Of a DNA stretch of 64,000 nt, positions 10,536 through 25,244 are shown in pieces. The translations under genes were made by a program, and so were the position numbers. Below the pieces are notes generated by a model. It was given only the letters and a program-made list of their open reading frames with translations. It had not been told where the DNA came from and made no database searches. The DNA is from an uncultured delta proteobacterium (GTDB lineage Bacteria; Desulfobacterota; Desulfuromonadia; Geobacterales; Pseudopelobacteraceae), in assembly GCA_963772835.1 (NCBI GenBank), contig CAVYYZ010000008.1, forward strand, positions 160,001-224,000. Direction: 5' to 3'. Each line of letters begins with the position of its first letter. Positions within the stretch are counted from its first letter, which is position 1.

Positions 10536-11426
10536 ATGTCGAAACTAGTTTTGCAGACCGATTTCCCCGGTCTCAGCCTGATAGCCCGCGGTAAAGTGCG
10601 CGATATTTATGACCTTGGCGAGACACTGTTGCTGGTCACGTCGGACCGGATCTCGGCTTTTGATGTTATCATGAACGAACCGATCCCTGATAAAGGGTTC
10701 GTGCTGACCCAGATTTCCGCCTTCTGGTTTCGTCAGATGGAAGATATCGTCCCCAATCATATTATATCTATCGATGTTGCTGACTACCCGGCCGAGTGCC
10801 AGCCGTACGCCGAAATTCTCAAAGGGCGTTCGATGCTGGTCAAAAAAGCGGTGCCGCTCCCCGTTGAATGTATCGTACGCGGATATGTTTCCGGTTCGGG
10901 GTGGAAGGACTATAAGGCCACCGGTGCAATAAGCGGGATTAAGCTGCCGGTCGGTCTGAAAGAGTCGGATCGTCTGCCGGAACCGATCTTTACCCCTTCT
11001 ACGAAAGCCGATCTCGGTGCTCATGATGAAACAATCACCTTTGAGAAAATGGTTGAAATCTGTGGACGCGATCTGGCAGAAAAGGCTCGCGACTATACCC
11101 TTAAAATTTATTCCCGTGCTCATGCCCTGGCCGATGAAAAAGGCATCATCATAGCCGACACCAAATTCGAGTTTGGCGTGTATCAGGGTGAACTTATTAT
11201 TATCGATGAGTGTATGACCCCGGATTCAAGCCGGTTCTGGCTGAAGGAGTCATATCAGCCTGGTGGTCAGCAGCCAAGTTTCGATAAACAGTTCCTGCGT
11301 GATTACCTTGAAACTCTCGATTGGGGAAAGTGTGCTCCACCGCCTGTGCTGCCGCAGGAAATACTGGATAAGACCGCCGATAAATACCGTGAGGCGCTGC
11401 AGAGGATCGCAGGAATTACGGTCTAG
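10536..11426 (+). CDS. purC: phosphoribosylaminoimidazole-succinocarboxamide synthase
   Basis: [48 protein letters not shown]. Confidence 0.97.
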   Translation: MSKLVLQTDFPGLSLIARGKVRDIYDLGETLLLVTSDRISAFDVIMNEPIPDKGFVLTQISAFWFRQMEDIVPNHIISIDVADYPAECQPYAEILKGRSMLVKKAVPLPVECIVRGYVSGSGWKDYKATGAISGIKLPVGLKESDRLPEPIFTPSTKADLGAHDETITFEKMVEICGRDLAEKARDYTLKIYSRAHALADEKGIIIADTKFEFGVYQGELIIIDECMTPDSSRFWLKESYQPGGQQPSFDKQFLRDYLETLDWGKCAPPPVLPQEILDKTADKYREALQRIAGITV

Positions 11427-11448
11427 TTATCACGTTCAATATGATTCG

Positions 11449-11479
11449 AGAGGCGGATACTTTTTCCGCCTCTTTTTTT
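11449..11479 (+). terminator. intrinsic terminator after purC
   Basis: AGAGGCGGA-loop-TCCGCCTCT plus T-run. Confidence 0.8.
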
Positions 11480-11553
11480 GTGCTGCGGCTTGACAATGAT
11501 TAAAGCTACGGTAACCTGTTGATAATTGAACTCATACAAAGGAGAACCATGAT

Positions 11554-11733
11554 ATGAAACTTGAACAGATCAAAGAAATTGCAAAACGGCACGATATCAA
11601 ACCGGGCAAATTGAAAAAGGGTGATTTAGTGCGCGCCATTCAGGCGGCCGAGGGTAATGACATTTGTTTTGAAACCGGGCGGACTGACGAGTGCGGACAG
11701 CCGGGATGCCTCTGGCGGGCGGACTGCAACTGA
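11554..11733 (+). CDS. small SAP/Rho-N-like protein with Cys-rich C-terminus (59 aa; below the ORF-track cutoff)
   Basis: AAAGGAG RBS; MKLEQIKEIAKRHDIKPGKLKKGDLVRAIQAAEGNDICFETGRTDECGQPGCLWRADCN. Confidence 0.8.
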   Translation: MKLEQIKEIAKRHDIKPGKLKKGDLVRAIQAAEGNDICFETGRTDECGQPGCLWRADCN

Positions 11734-11785
11734 TTCTTTGGCGTTGGCGGTTGTCACTCGTCGCTTGATAGGCGGGTTTTGATTC

Positions 11786-11824
11786 AACCCGGGTCCGTAC
11801 CGATGGTGCGCACCCGGGTTTTTT
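11786..11824. terminator. hairpin terminator between convergent genes
   Basis: AACCCGGGT...ACCCGGGTT stem followed by a T-run. Confidence 0.65.
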
Positions 11825-11825
11825 G

Positions 11826-12233
11826 TCAGTGAGATTTCCCGTTCAGAAATACTCCCAGCTCCCTGTCAACCTTGGAAATGTGGTTCAGCAGCCATTTCAG
11901 CAGCATGTTGTTGGTCTCGATCACATGGTGGGTAGAAACGCCGTCTGCCCGGGTTTCCTCTCTTAACGTGGTGATCTGGTCAATAAAGTAGAGGTGCTGG
12001 GCGTGATGGGCTTCATAGCCGGGATAATGGTGTGCGCGCTGAAGCGCCTCCTCGTCATTGAAATGGGTATGCACGTACTCCTCAAGAAAAAGCTGCAGCT
12101 TTTTCAGCTCTTCAATACCCTGGCCCGTCTGACACGCATTCAGCAGTCGGTCAAAACGGTGCAGAAGCTCCTTGTGCTGGTTGTCAATTGCATCAACTCC
12201 AATAGCTAACGAATCTCTCCATTGTATGCCCAT
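11826..12233 (-). CDS. bacteriohemerythrin
   Basis: W...IGVDAIDNQHKEL, YVHTHFNDEE, H..QH, WLLNHISKVD. Confidence 0.93.
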   Translation of the reverse strand: MGIQWRDSLAIGVDAIDNQHKELLHRFDRLLNACQTGQGIEELKKLQLFLEEYVHTHFNDEEALQRAHHYPGYEAHHAQHLYFIDQITTLREETRADGVSTHHVIETNNMLLKWLLNHISKVDRELGVFLNGKSH

Positions 12234-12253
12234 GGTTCACCCCTTCACCGGAT

Positions 12254-14689
12254 TTATCGGCCAATTTTTTTTGAAACTATCCGTTTTCCGGTTTCAGTTT
12301 TCTGCTTCTGCTCCTGCAGTCGATCTGCCATTGTCCGCAGGCGGGTATCGACACGCTGATAGAGAGACCCTTTGGAAAACTTTCCGTTTTTACCGCGCTG
12401 TCCAGCCTTGGTGCCGGTGAGTATTTCGATCCCCTGTTCAATAGTTGCAACGCTCCAGATATGAAACTGTCCGGCATTGACCGCCTGAATAACATCTTCA
12501 TGCAGCATGAGATGGCGTTCATTCGATTTCGGAATTATGACCCCCTGTTCTCCGGTAAGTCCCTGGGCCCGGCAGACCGCAAAAAACCCTTCGATCTTGT
12601 GGTTGACACCACCTATCGGCTGCACCATGCCGCGTTGATTAACGCTGCCGGTTACCGCAATCCCCTGTTTGATGGGAACTCCCGAAAGAGCCGACAGGAG
12701 CGCGTAAAGTTCAGTTGAAGAGGCACTGTCCCCCTCTATGCCATCGTACGACTGCTCGAAGCAGATCGATGCGGATAATGACAGGGGGTGCTCTGTCGCA
12801 AAGGTCCCGCCCAGATAACCGGTCAGAATCAGAACCCCCTTGTCATGAATCGGCCCCGAAAGTTTGACTTCCCGTTCGATATTAATCATACCGTCCTGAC
12901 CGGTATAGACCGTGGCGGTGATGCGGGTCGGGCGGCCGAAGGTGTGGTCGCCGAGTCCGATGACCGACAGACCGTTGATCTGTCCGACAACGGTTCCTGA
13001 CGTATCGACCATGATAGTCCCGTCCTCGTACAATTCCTGCATTCGCTCTTCTATGCGATTGACGCGATAGATGTTTTCTTCCGCTGCGGCACGAACATCG
13101 TCACCACTGATGATATCCCGTCCCGCTTTACTGGCCCAGAAACTGATTTCCCGCATGAAATCGGCAATTTCCATAAACTGGGACGAGAGTTTCGACTGGT
13201 CGTCAGCCATACGTGCGGTATGCTCCAGCAGGGCTGCGACGCCGCTGTTGTGAAACGGCAGCAATCCCTCGGCCCGGCAATTGCTGGCAACAAACAGAGA
13301 ATAATCGTGCATTATTTCCGGAGTTCGCGCCACACGACTGTCAAACTCCGCTTTAACTTTAAAAAATTTGCGGTAATCAGGGTCAAGATGAAACAGCAGG
13401 TAGTAAATCCAGGGAGTACCTATCAGCACAATTTTGGCGCGCATTTGAACCGGTTCCGGTTTGAGTGAAACCATAGTCATAAAACGGTACTGCTCAAGTA
13501 CATCCTCGATCCTGATCTCGTTATTGCGGATGCAGCGCTTCAGAGAATCCCAGACAAAGGGATTCATCAGCACTTCGCGGGCATCGATTACCAGATAGCC
13601 GCCGTTGGCGCGATGCAGGGCGCCGGAGCGGACCATGGTAAAATCGGTTACCGCCACTCCGCCGTATTGCATGACATGTTCAATCCGCCCGAAGAGGTTG
13701 TTATAGGTCGGGTTTGACTCAAACACCACCGGTGCTCCGTCGGTATCCTTGTTGTCCACCAGCACATTGACCTGATAACGGTCAAAGGTCGGTTCCTGGC
13801 GCTGCATCTTGATGCCCGGAATCTGCGGCTGGGTTGACTGCGGTTTGAAGTCGTCAAGGGTGTTCAGGATATCCTCCCTGACAGAGTCCAGGTAGCCGAG
13901 AACCTTCTCGAGACCGCCGTACTTTTCTCTCAGCGGGTCAAGACGGTGTCCGAGGCAGGACATGCCGAGATCCCGATCGGACTGCGCCAGAGCATCCTTG
14001 GTTGTTTTCTCCTGATCGCGTACCTGACGCAGCACCTCATTCAACCTTTCCGTCAGTTCCTTTCCCTGCTTTTCAAGCTTCAGGCGCTTTTTTTCGTTGA
14101 GTGCGTCATACTCTTCCTGGGTATAGTTGCGTCCGGCTTTCTGGGGTACGATCACCAGTCCGGATACCGTTCTCTGCAGTGAGAACCCTATCTTCTCCGC
14201 GGCTTTTTCCAGCCCCTGAAAAAGATCATTTGAAACGGACTGGTAGCTTTCGAGCAGTTCGGCGCGCCTGGTTTCATATTCACTGCTTTCAAGCGCTTTA
14301 GGAATGTCCTTTCGAAAGGCCTCGATCAACTCTTTCATGTCAGCTGCCAGCTCACTCCCTTTTCCGGCGGGAAGATCGAGAGAGATCGCGGAATCGGTAT
14401 CCTTGAAATTATTGACATATACCCAGTCGTGCGGCTGCGGCTCGTCCTTGGCACGTTTACTGAGAATGCTGGCGATGGTGGATGTCCGGCCGGTGCCTGT
14501 TTCTCCGGATATATACAGATTAAAACCGGACCCATCAACTCCCAGGCCGAATTCAATCGAGCGCAGCGCCCGCTTCTGGCCGATGGCATCATTGAAATCA
14601 GGCAGTTCAGCGGTGGTTTCAAAACCGAGAAGTTCCGGATCGCAGTTCCAGCGGAGCTTTCCAGCAGGTATGAGGTGAGAGTGGGACAT
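12254..14689 (-). CDS. Lon-like (LonB/LonC-type) ATP-dependent protease
   Basis: IGQKRA, GALHRANGGYL, GQINGLSV, EGDSASSTE (catalytic Ser), GGVNHKIEGF (Lys); start at MSHSH after GGAG. Confidence 0.92.
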   Translation of the reverse strand: MSHSHLIPAGKLRWNCDPELLGFETTAELPDFNDAIGQKRALRSIEFGLGVDGSGFNLYISGETGTGRTSTIASILSKRAKDEPQPHDWVYVNNFKDTDSAISLDLPAGKGSELAADMKELIEAFRKDIPKALESSEYETRRAELLESYQSVSNDLFQGLEKAAEKIGFSLQRTVSGLVIVPQKAGRNYTQEEYDALNEKKRLKLEKQGKELTERLNEVLRQVRDQEKTTKDALAQSDRDLGMSCLGHRLDPLREKYGGLEKVLGYLDSVREDILNTLDDFKPQSTQPQIPGIKMQRQEPTFDRYQVNVLVDNKDTDGAPVVFESNPTYNNLFGRIEHVMQYGGVAVTDFTMVRSGALHRANGGYLVIDAREVLMNPFVWDSLKRCIRNNEIRIEDVLEQYRFMTMVSLKPEPVQMRAKIVLIGTPWIYYLLFHLDPDYRKFFKVKAEFDSRVARTPEIMHDYSLFVASNCRAEGLLPFHNSGVAALLEHTARMADDQSKLSSQFMEIADFMREISFWASKAGRDIISGDDVRAAAEENIYRVNRIEERMQELYEDGTIMVDTSGTVVGQINGLSVIGLGDHTFGRPTRITATVYTGQDGMINIEREVKLSGPIHDKGVLILTGYLGGTFATEHPLSLSASICFEQSYDGIEGDSASSTELYALLSALSGVPIKQGIAVTGSVNQRGMVQPIGGVNHKIEGFFAVCRAQGLTGEQGVIIPKSNERHLMLHEDVIQAVNAGQFHIWSVATIEQGIEILTGTKAGQRGKNGKFSKGSLYQRVDTRLRTMADRLQEQKQKTETGKRIVSKKIGR

Positions 14690-14744
14690 CTGAGGCTCCT
14701 TTTGTAAGTTTAAAGCGACATTGTGTAAAGCGGATGAAAATATG

Positions 14745-17649
<2,905 letters not shown>

Positions 17650-17816
17650 ACTGCCAATCAGGTCATACTGTTAATTCATTGTCAGGGACGACAGAAACAC
17701 GGTCAACTCTACAGATCACAGAAGCTCTATTCATGTACCACCGGAATACGTCTGTTGGTGTAGAATGTAAGTGAAACAAGTCACGGTGTCGGGTTGATAG
17801 GTGAGGCGATATAATT

Positions 17817-18899
17817 ATGAACAAGTCAGATGCAATGAAAACAAGTACTGGAAAGGGACCAAGGATTATTTCCCCCTTGCGTTTGCTCGCGAGTCTACTG
17901 CTGGTCCTTTTTATTGCCGAAGCGATAATAATGTTTACGTTACCATATTTTTTTCATACTTCGATTGTTCCTATAGATAATTTTGCCGACCCGGTTATGC
18001 TGATACTCATATGTGCACCGTTTCTATGGTTTTTGATTGCCCGGCCATTACATGTTACCGCGAAAGAAATTGAGCGGTTGAATGTGGACCTGGCTGCGCG
18101 GGCCGTTGAGTTGGAAAGGCAAAATGCGGAATTGCAAGAGACGTATCGCAATCTGGAGATGGAAACCGCAGCGCGGCACCGAACAATGGAAGAACTCCGT
18201 GAAAAGGATCAGTTGCTGATCCAGCAAAGCCGCATGGCGGCGATGGGCGAAATGCTCGGCAATATAGCGCATCAATGGCGGCAACCACTGAATGTGCTGG
18301 GCATAAAAATTCAGGAACTGGGCCTATCATTTAAATACGGAGAACTTAGCAAGGAACTCATCGACGCCAATATTGCCACGGCGATGGAAATACTCCAACA
18401 TCTGTCGCAGACCATAACCGTTTTCCAGAATCTCACTGTTCCTGACAAGAAAAAAAGCCTGTTCAGGGTGAAGCAGGTCATCGCTGACACGGTTCAGATC
18501 ATCGATGAGAGCCTCAAAAAGGAGGGGATCACGCTGGATGTCAGTTCAACCGGCGATCCGCAGATCAATGGCTATCCGAACGAGTTCAGCCAAATGTTCA
18601 TGAACCTCATTTTGAACGCCAAGGATGCATTGCTGGGACAAAAAACTGTCAACCCGCGTATAACGGTGATCTCATGGTCAGAGAACGACAGGTCAGTGAT
18701 GACCATTGCCGACAATGGAGGCGGCATCAAAGAGGAAATCATGGATAAAATATTTGACCCGTATTTTACTACCAAGGAGCTTGGAAAAGGGACCGGAGTT
18801 GGTCTGTTCCTGTCAAAAACCATTATCGAGAAAAATATGGGAGGACGTATCACCGTGCGTAATATTGAAGGTGGTTCAGAATTCAGGATAGAGGTCTGA
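17817..18899 (+). CDS. membrane-bound sensor histidine kinase
   Basis: Two TM segments; [11 protein letters not shown]-box, N box, [20 protein letters not shown]. Confidence 0.93.
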   Translation: MNKSDAMKTSTGKGPRIISPLRLLASLLLVLFIAEAIIMFTLPYFFHTSIVPIDNFADPVMLILICAPFLWFLIARPLHVTAKEIERLNVDLAARAVELERQNAELQETYRNLEMETAARHRTMEELREKDQLLIQQSRMAAMGEMLGNIAHQWRQPLNVLGIKIQELGLSFKYGELSKELIDANIATAMEILQHLSQTITVFQNLTVPDKKKSLFRVKQVIADTVQIIDESLKKEGITLDVSSTGDPQINGYPNEFSQMFMNLILNAKDALLGQKTVNPRITVISWSENDRSVMTIADNGGGIKEEIMDKIFDPYFTTKELGKGTGVGLFLSKTIIEKNMGGRITVRNIEGGSEFRIEV

Positions 18900-18900
18900 A

Positions 18901-19305
18901 ATGGTAACAACGCAATCATCAGCCTCTTTTTCGATTCTATTTGTGGAAGATGATGCAGTGGTCTGCCTGGCTATCGGCCGCATTTTGGCCAGGCAATTCC
19001 CCGGTTCTACGGTTTATACCGCGGAAAATGGTCTGGTCGGGTTGGAACTCTTCAAGGAGCACTCCCCCGGGATTGTCATCACCGACATTAATATGCCGGT
19101 AATGGATGGTATCGAGATGGCCGGCACTATTAAATTGATCAAAGCGGACACAAAGTTTATCGTGATTACCGGTTATGGCGATAGGAATTATCTTGAAAAA
19201 TTCAGTGAAATAGGCTTTGAAGATTACATAGTAAAGCCGGTTGATATCGAGAAACTCTTCGCTGTAATTGAAAAGTGCCGGGCCGGAATTGCGCCATCTC
19301 AATAA
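18901..19305 (+). CDS. single-domain response regulator
   Basis: [23 protein letters not shown]. Confidence 0.93.
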   Translation: MVTTQSSASFSILFVEDDAVVCLAIGRILARQFPGSTVYTAENGLVGLELFKEHSPGIVITDINMPVMDGIEMAGTIKLIKADTKFIVITGYGDRNYLEKFSEIGFEDYIVKPVDIEKLFAVIEKCRAGIAPSQ

Positions 19306-19328
19306 GAAACGTTCAGGGAGGAATCACC

Positions 19329-20054
19329 ATGTCAGAGCAGAAATCAGTATCCTGTGCCAAGTGCAGTACCGTTTGGCAGAATTTTGGAACTACAAATTGC
19401 TGGAGCGGTGATCCTGCCAAGGCGCCTCCCAAGCCGGGCAACTGTCCGTCTGATATCTATGAAGATGTCGTACAGGAATCGTTTGATGAATATCGCGGTG
19501 ACAGCGAGGATGCGAAGATCGCCTTTGTCGCGGCACGGGTCGAAGGGCTCTGCTATCAGCCTGTGCCGGGGAGTGATGCCGTCAACGCCCGCTGGACACG
19601 GGTTGAAGACACAATCGCTTTTGCCAAGCTGATGGGATACAAAAAAATCGGTATGGCGACCTGCATCGGTCTGCTGGATGAGTCGGACCGGTTGTCAAAA
19701 ATACTCACGGCACAAGGCTTTGAGCCGGTCAGTGTCTGCTGCAAGGCGGGAAGTATCGACAAGCTGGAGTTGGGATTGGCAGATGCGGACAAGGTACGGC
19801 CGGGTACATTCGAGCCGGCCTGTAATCCGATCGCCCAGGCAGAAATCTGTAACCGGATGGGAACCGACATGAACGTCATCGTCGGACTCTGCGTCGGCCA
19901 CGACATGCTTTTCAACAAACACTCAAAGGCTCCGGTCACAACTCTGATCGTCAAGGACCGTGTTACCGGTCATAACCCGATTGCCGTACTGTACGGTCAG
20001 AATTTCTACTACAAGCGGCTTCAGAAACAGATGGTGCTGGCCGGAGACGAATAG
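19329..20054 (+). CDS. DUF1847 family Cys-rich metal-binding protein
   Basis: TRVEDTIAFAK..GYKKIG.ATC.GL, CNPIAQA, GLCVGHD, KDRVTGHNP. Confidence 0.88.
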   Translation: MSEQKSVSCAKCSTVWQNFGTTNCWSGDPAKAPPKPGNCPSDIYEDVVQESFDEYRGDSEDAKIAFVAARVEGLCYQPVPGSDAVNARWTRVEDTIAFAKLMGYKKIGMATCIGLLDESDRLSKILTAQGFEPVSVCCKAGSIDKLELGLADADKVRPGTFEPACNPIAQAEICNRMGTDMNVIVGLCVGHDMLFNKHSKAPVTTLIVKDRVTGHNPIAVLYGQNFYYKRLQKQMVLAGDE

Positions 20055-20056
20055 TT

Positions 20057-21445
20057 TTACCGGCAATGTTCCCGGCACGCGGCGACAAATGCCGCCGCGA
20101 TGCCGCTGCTGCTGCCGAAATGAATATGGATGTAGGAAGCCAGACAGTTGCGGAAGCGATACCCTTCCACCCCCAGCTCAACCCCTTGCCGAGACACCCG
20201 GTAACAGCGCTCTATCCCGTCCGGCATCATGCCGATCTCTGAGTAGTGAAACTCATGCCCCCGGATCGTCGTACCTTTTGCACCAATTACGACATTTTCT
20301 GTCAGTTCAATCTGCCGGTAACCGAGTGCCTTTCGGCGTGGCAGCATCCGGCAGCGAACCGGAAAAACTCCGACAAAATCTGCTAGAGCCCGGCCATCAG
20401 ACGCTTCAATCCCTTCCGTGAGATACACAAATCCCCCGCACTCAGCGTATACCGGCATATCTGTCGCAACAGCCGCCCTGATGGCTTCCTTCATACTACC
20501 GTTGGTTTCAAGCTGCCCGGCATACAGTTCCGGGTAACCGCCCGGCAGATAGAGCCCATTGATATCGGCGGGGAGCAGGGCGTCGGCAAGCGGTGAAAAA
20601 AAAGCCAGTTCCGCTCCGGCCTCCTGCAACAGCCGCACATTGTCTTCGTACATGAAACAGAACGCGGCATCACGGGCTACGGCGATTCTGACTCGTGGGC
20701 CGGCCACCTCTTCCGGTGCTGCAGGCATTGTACGAACGGCAGGTTGAGTGGAGCCGAAGTCCAGTCCGGCCAGCCGGTCCAGATCAAGACAGCGCTCTGC
20801 CATATCCGCCAGTCGTCCGATAAACTCACGGGAGAGCGGGTTGTCCTCCGCAGTTACCAATCCGAGGTGGCGGGAGGGGATCACCAGAGACTCGTCGCGC
20901 GGTATACAGCCGAAACAGGCAATATCAGGGCAGTGAGCGGCAAGCGTCTCTTTGAGCAGCGTAGCGTGTGAATCGCTCCCGACGCAGTTAAAGATGACCC
21001 CGGCCAGCGTGATCTGCGGGTCAAACCGGGCAAAACCGCTCACCAGTGCCGCGGCGCTGGCCGCCATGCCGCGGGCATTGACAACCAGAACAACCTGCGC
21101 TCCGGTTATGGCCGCAATCCGGGCGCTGCTCCCTTGGCGAGAAGATGCGCCGATGCCGTCAAAAAGTCCCATTACCCCCTCAATAACGACGATTGTCAGA
21201 CCGGCCGCGTTACGCTGAACGGTCTGGCGGACAAACCCCTCCTGGCACATCCAGTCATCGAGGTTGTGTGAAGGATGTCCGGTCACCATCCGGTGATAGC
21301 CCGGATCTATAAAGTCCGGTCCGCACTTGAAGGGGGCAACCGCCATTCCGCGCCGCATCAGTGCCGCCATGATCGCCAGGGTGACCGTGGTTTTGCCACT
21401 GCCGCTTTGCGGTGCGGCTATCAGAAAGCCATTCAAGCTGTTCAC
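20057..21445 (-). CDS. cbiA: cobyrinate a,c-diamide synthase
   Basis: [45 protein letters not shown]. Confidence 0.93.
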   Translation of the reverse strand: MNSLNGFLIAAPQSGSGKTTVTLAIMAALMRRGMAVAPFKCGPDFIDPGYHRMVTGHPSHNLDDWMCQEGFVRQTVQRNAAGLTIVVIEGVMGLFDGIGASSRQGSSARIAAITGAQVVLVVNARGMAASAAALVSGFARFDPQITLAGVIFNCVGSDSHATLLKETLAAHCPDIACFGCIPRDESLVIPSRHLGLVTAEDNPLSREFIGRLADMAERCLDLDRLAGLDFGSTQPAVRTMPAAPEEVAGPRVRIAVARDAAFCFMYEDNVRLLQEAGAELAFFSPLADALLPADINGLYLPGGYPELYAGQLETNGSMKEAIRAAVATDMPVYAECGGFVYLTEGIEASDGRALADFVGVFPVRCRMLPRRKALGYRQIELTENVVIGAKGTTIRGHEFHYSEIGMMPDGIERCYRVSRQGVELGVEGYRFRNCLASYIHIHFGSSSGIAAAFVAACREHCR

Positions 21446-22278
21446 CTCAGCGACCTTCTCGAGCCGCCATACTGGAAAAATGCGATCAGGTGGAATTCCT
21501 CCTTGTCATACCCCTTCGGGAATCCGCCGACCGGTCCGATTGCCCGCAGGGTACGCAGCACCTCTTCGTCCAATATCCGCGCTCCGGAGCTCTCCAACTG
21601 CTGTATATGTATAATCTCGCCCTTCCGGTTGAAGGTGATCCGTACCGGTGTGATCCCTTCGATCCCTTTCATGGCAGCTTCCTGGGGATACCGCCAGACA
21701 CCGTAAATAGCCCCTTCGAATCGGCGCAGAAACGATCCGAACACGATGTCATCGCTGTTCAGAAAGCGGGTGTCCCCTTCGGCAATGTCGTTTTCAAACG
21801 TGCGGCGATAACTCTCTTCCAGTTTTGCCAGGCGGCTGGCCCCGGGGAACAGTTGTTGTGCGGTTGACGGTTGCTGCACGGTCCGTTTTTTTGGTTTCAG
21901 AAGGCTGGCGGCTGAAGATCCGGGGGTGACCGAAGGTTGTTCAGGCTCTGCCTGAACAGGCCGGGATGGTTTGGTCACCGGTGAGGGTGGTGCGGTCTGT
22001 TTTCTCAGCGCCTGGGCATCTCGTGCGGCATCACCGCGCGGAGCGCTCTCCCTGGGGACTCTGATCTGCTGTTCAGAACGTCGCCTGGTGTCCTGCTGGC
22101 GCGGATTAACCGGCTGTTTTAGTTCCGGCATCTGTTGCAGATCAATAAAAACCGGCTCCTTAGCAGGTTCGGATCGGGACGGAGGGTGAAAATAGAGTGC
22201 CGCAAGCACCCCCATATGAAGAACGAGAGAGATGCAAAGTACATAGAGAAACGATTTTTCTATATATCGATCATTCAT
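21442..22278 (-). CDS. energy transducer TonB family protein
   Basis: N-terminal TM with SLVLH, Pro-rich linker, [12 protein letters not shown]...ESSG..ILDEE TonB_C domain. Confidence 0.85.
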   Translation of the reverse strand: MNDRYIEKSFLYVLCISLVLHMGVLAALYFHPPSRSEPAKEPVFIDLQQMPELKQPVNPRQQDTRRRSEQQIRVPRESAPRGDAARDAQALRKQTAPPSPVTKPSRPVQAEPEQPSVTPGSSAASLLKPKKRTVQQPSTAQQLFPGASRLAKLEESYRRTFENDIAEGDTRFLNSDDIVFGSFLRRFEGAIYGVWRYPQEAAMKGIEGITPVRITFNRKGEIIHIQQLESSGARILDEEVLRTLRAIGPVGGFPKGYDKEEFHLIAFFQYGGSRRSLR

Positions 22279-22342
22279 GGAGTGAGGTCGTTTCAAACGT
22301 TATATTAGCTGTCAGAATCACGGTATGAGACGATTCTGCAGG

Positions 22343-23179
22343 TTAGGAAATTTGCAGCGTTTCCTGTGTATATTCACGTGGAGCATCTGTCTGCGGACCG
22401 GTCTCCGTTCGCAGGAAGGCGAGTATTTCTTTCAGGCTTTTCAGAATATTGAGTTCCCCTGCGGGAAATTCCTTCGGATCGAGTTCAAGTGTGACCGTGC
22501 TTTGATATTCAGTGTGCCGGAGATGGTTAAGGAATCGTGTCAGCGGCAGTATTCCGTGCCCCGGGAGCAGGTGCTCGCGGCCAAGGCCGTAGTCTGAAAA
22601 ATGAATATTTCGAATGCGCCCCGATTCATAACAGAGGAAAAAGTCGTTGATAAAGCTTGTTTTACCCGAGCCCATATGGGTGCAGTCAAACGTCATAAAG
22701 AGATTATGTTCATGGATAAATTCGATCATCTGCTGCGGTTTTGAGAGGATATTGGGGTTGATCTTATGCTCTCCGACCCATGGCATATTCTCGAGGGTTA
22801 TCATCACCTTTCCATCCAGACCGATTTCTTTCTGGAAGTCACGGATCTTGTAGAGCCAGCGCCAGAAAGCGATTTCCAATCCCATCCAGGAGGGGGGGTG
22901 AAAGTTTACCAGCGGAATTTCGCAGGCGGCAGCAAGTTCAACAGTCTTTCTAAGAGAATCCATGGGTGTTCCCCACCCGTCCAGCATCATGAACGGAGCA
23001 TGGATGGAATGGATCGTCTTTATTTCCTGAAGCGATTTTACCAGTTTGACTGTGTCAACTCTCTGAAAATTCTGGTTTATGATCAGTTCGACCCCGTCGA
23101 ATCCCGACTCCGCCGCCAGTTCGAATATCCTGTGCAGCGGCAGCGTAAACAGGCATCCGGTTGAAAGTGAGAGAATCAT
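22343..23179 (-). CDS. sugar phosphate isomerase/epimerase (AP endonuclease 2 TIM barrel)
   Basis: GFDGVEL, SIHAPF, LENMP, FDCTH, IHFSD, HLLPGHG. Confidence 0.85.
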   Translation of the reverse strand: MILSLSTGCLFTLPLHRIFELAAESGFDGVELIINQNFQRVDTVKLVKSLQEIKTIHSIHAPFMMLDGWGTPMDSLRKTVELAAACEIPLVNFHPPSWMGLEIAFWRWLYKIRDFQKEIGLDGKVMITLENMPWVGEHKINPNILSKPQQMIEFIHEHNLFMTFDCTHMGSGKTSFINDFFLCYESGRIRNIHFSDYGLGREHLLPGHGILPLTRFLNHLRHTEYQSTVTLELDPKEFPAGELNILKSLKEILAFLRTETGPQTDAPREYTQETLQIS

Positions 23180-23216
23180 TGAGGGCTGCTCCTCAATTCT
23201 GTCAGCTGAAAGTTCA

Positions 23217-24746
23217 TCAGTTCTCCGGACTGTCGTGCACGTCCCGGCTGACAAAGAGCCGGATGGCTTCTGAAGGGGGAGCTGTCAGTAGTGAGGTGAT
23301 GATCATAACGGCCATCACCAGAGGGGCCCCGATAAATGCTGACGATGTAAGTGGAAACAGCTCTGCAAGAATCGGTACTCTGTCGCCGATAAAAAGAGGA
23401 GCAAAGCTTATTAACAGACCGACCACCATGCCGGAAATGACGCCGGGAGCATTGGCCCGGGGCCACCAGATCCCGAGTACGAACGAAGGAAATATAGTAT
23501 TACCGGCCACAGCAAAGGCAAAAGCGGCAATCTCTGCGATCATCCCCCACGGCTGGAAGGTCAGCACCATTACAATCGCCGCGAGGACAAGGAAAAACCC
23601 CTTCGCGGCATATACCTTGTCACGTTCTGAGGCTCCCGGACGGATCAGGCGGGGATAAATATCAAACGAAAAGGATGCTGAACCGGTCATCAGCAATCCG
23701 GCTGTTGATGAAAACGCGGCGCTCAAACCGCCGGCGGCGAGTAGTCCCACCGCCCAGAGCGGCAATCCCCCCATGCCGGCAGCAGAGAGGACGATCATAT
23801 CGGCTGCGTCGGCACTCCCTGCGTTGAGCGTCAGGCCGTTTCGTGCTTCAAACAGGCGGGCCAGAACACCATAGGCCGGTGCCGACCAGTAGATCAGCGC
23901 GATAAAGAACAGACCCCATACGACTCCCCAACGTGCATCCCGTATCCCGGGGACCATGTAGAAGCGTGAAAGCACATGCGGCAACCCTGCGGTGCCGAAC
24001 ATCAGGGTAAAGCAGAGGGCAAACCAACTGTACAGAGAGGTGTTGGCAAACGGCTCCGACCAGTTATAGCCGAACTGATGCTGCAGTTCTCCGATTGCCG
24101 CTCCGTAGCCGAACTGGGGAAGTATCCAGAAATAGCCCAGTTTACGGGTCAGGAGCATTAACGGCAGGATAAAAGAGATGATCAGTACGAAATAATTCAG
24201 CTTCTGATTGCGAACCACTCCCAGGGCACCGGAGACGACAATGAATGATACGAGCAGAGATGTCCCGACAATAACGGCAGGAATATAGTCGATTCCGAAC
24301 AGCCAGGATACCAGCAGCGCGATGCCGCGAAACTGGGCTACGCAGTAAATAATCGTGATGATGATGGAAATCAGCGCAGCCAGAGTTCGCGCTGTTTCCG
24401 ACTCATAGCGGAAACCGACAAAATCCGGCGTCGTGAATTTACCGAACCGCCTGATTTGTGTGGCCATCAGTACCAGCAGCAGCACATATCCACCGGTCCA
24501 GCCCACGACATACGCCATGGCAAAATAGCCCTTCAGGTAAAATATGCCGGCCAGTCCGAGGAAACTGGCGGCGCTCATCCAGTTACTGGCGATGCCGGCC
24601 CCGATCCCGACCCGTCCGGTGTAGCTGCCGCTGAATTGGTATTCCGATTTCGGTTTATCGGGGTTGTTCAGCCCGGAAAGGATAAAGAGGGCAAACATGC
24701 CAGCCACGATGGCCAAAGGCACCAGCTGTATCATACCGTATGCCAT
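23217..24746 (-). CDS. sodium:solute symporter (ActP/VC_2705-like)
   Basis: ASNWMSAASFLG, GWTGGY, GTAGLPHVLSRFY; multiple TM helices. Confidence 0.92.
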   Translation of the reverse strand: MAYGMIQLVPLAIVAGMFALFILSGLNNPDKPKSEYQFSGSYTGRVGIGAGIASNWMSAASFLGLAGIFYLKGYFAMAYVVGWTGGYVLLLVLMATQIRRFGKFTTPDFVGFRYESETARTLAALISIIITIIYCVAQFRGIALLVSWLFGIDYIPAVIVGTSLLVSFIVVSGALGVVRNQKLNYFVLIISFILPLMLLTRKLGYFWILPQFGYGAAIGELQHQFGYNWSEPFANTSLYSWFALCFTLMFGTAGLPHVLSRFYMVPGIRDARWGVVWGLFFIALIYWSAPAYGVLARLFEARNGLTLNAGSADAADMIVLSAAGMGGLPLWAVGLLAAGGLSAAFSSTAGLLMTGSASFSFDIYPRLIRPGASERDKVYAAKGFFLVLAAIVMVLTFQPWGMIAEIAAFAFAVAGNTIFPSFVLGIWWPRANAPGVISGMVVGLLISFAPLFIGDRVPILAELFPLTSSAFIGAPLVMAVMIITSLLTAPPSEAIRLFVSRDVHDSPEN

Positions 24747-25094
24747 TTATTCGTCCTCCCCGTTGGTCGGCCGTATGCGGAACCGGAGCGAGCCTTCCGT
24801 CGAGTTCACCGTATGACGGTCCATCCAGAAGTTAAACACGCCGCAGAGAATGATGAACCAGAGCGGCAGCAGCTGGCCGCTCAGCCAGAATTGAATCGGC
24901 AGATTAAAAAAAGTCAGGTCTCTGAGCAATAATTCGGAGTAATCTGCTTCCAGAAAGTAGGCGAAAAGCTGAAATCCGACAATTGCGATCAGCCACCCTG
25001 ACAGGATAAGCGTGATGACGCGGACTTCGCCGCGCATGGTTGTGCCGCGCGGTTTAAAAAAACTGAGATCCTTGCTGGATGGTGCATTGGCCAT
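24747..25094 (-). CDS. DUF4212 small symporter-associated membrane protein
   Basis: Two TM helices, FFNLPIQFWLSGQ; directly upstream of the symporter. Confidence 0.8.
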   Translation of the reverse strand: MANAPSSKDLSFFKPRGTTMRGEVRVITLILSGWLIAIVGFQLFAYFLEADYSELLLRDLTFFNLPIQFWLSGQLLPLWFIILCGVFNFWMDRHTVNSTEGSLRFRIRPTNGEDE

Positions 25095-25244
25095 GATATC
25101 CCCCAACGTGTGAACCGGAACCGGACAAGCCGGCGCGAAAAAACAGAATCATTATAAAGAGATGAACAGAGTAAATAACTGAATTGTTTCCCGGTACATT
25201 ACGCAGCCCTTATTCGGCTGAATCCGGCCATCCGTGTTGATTAA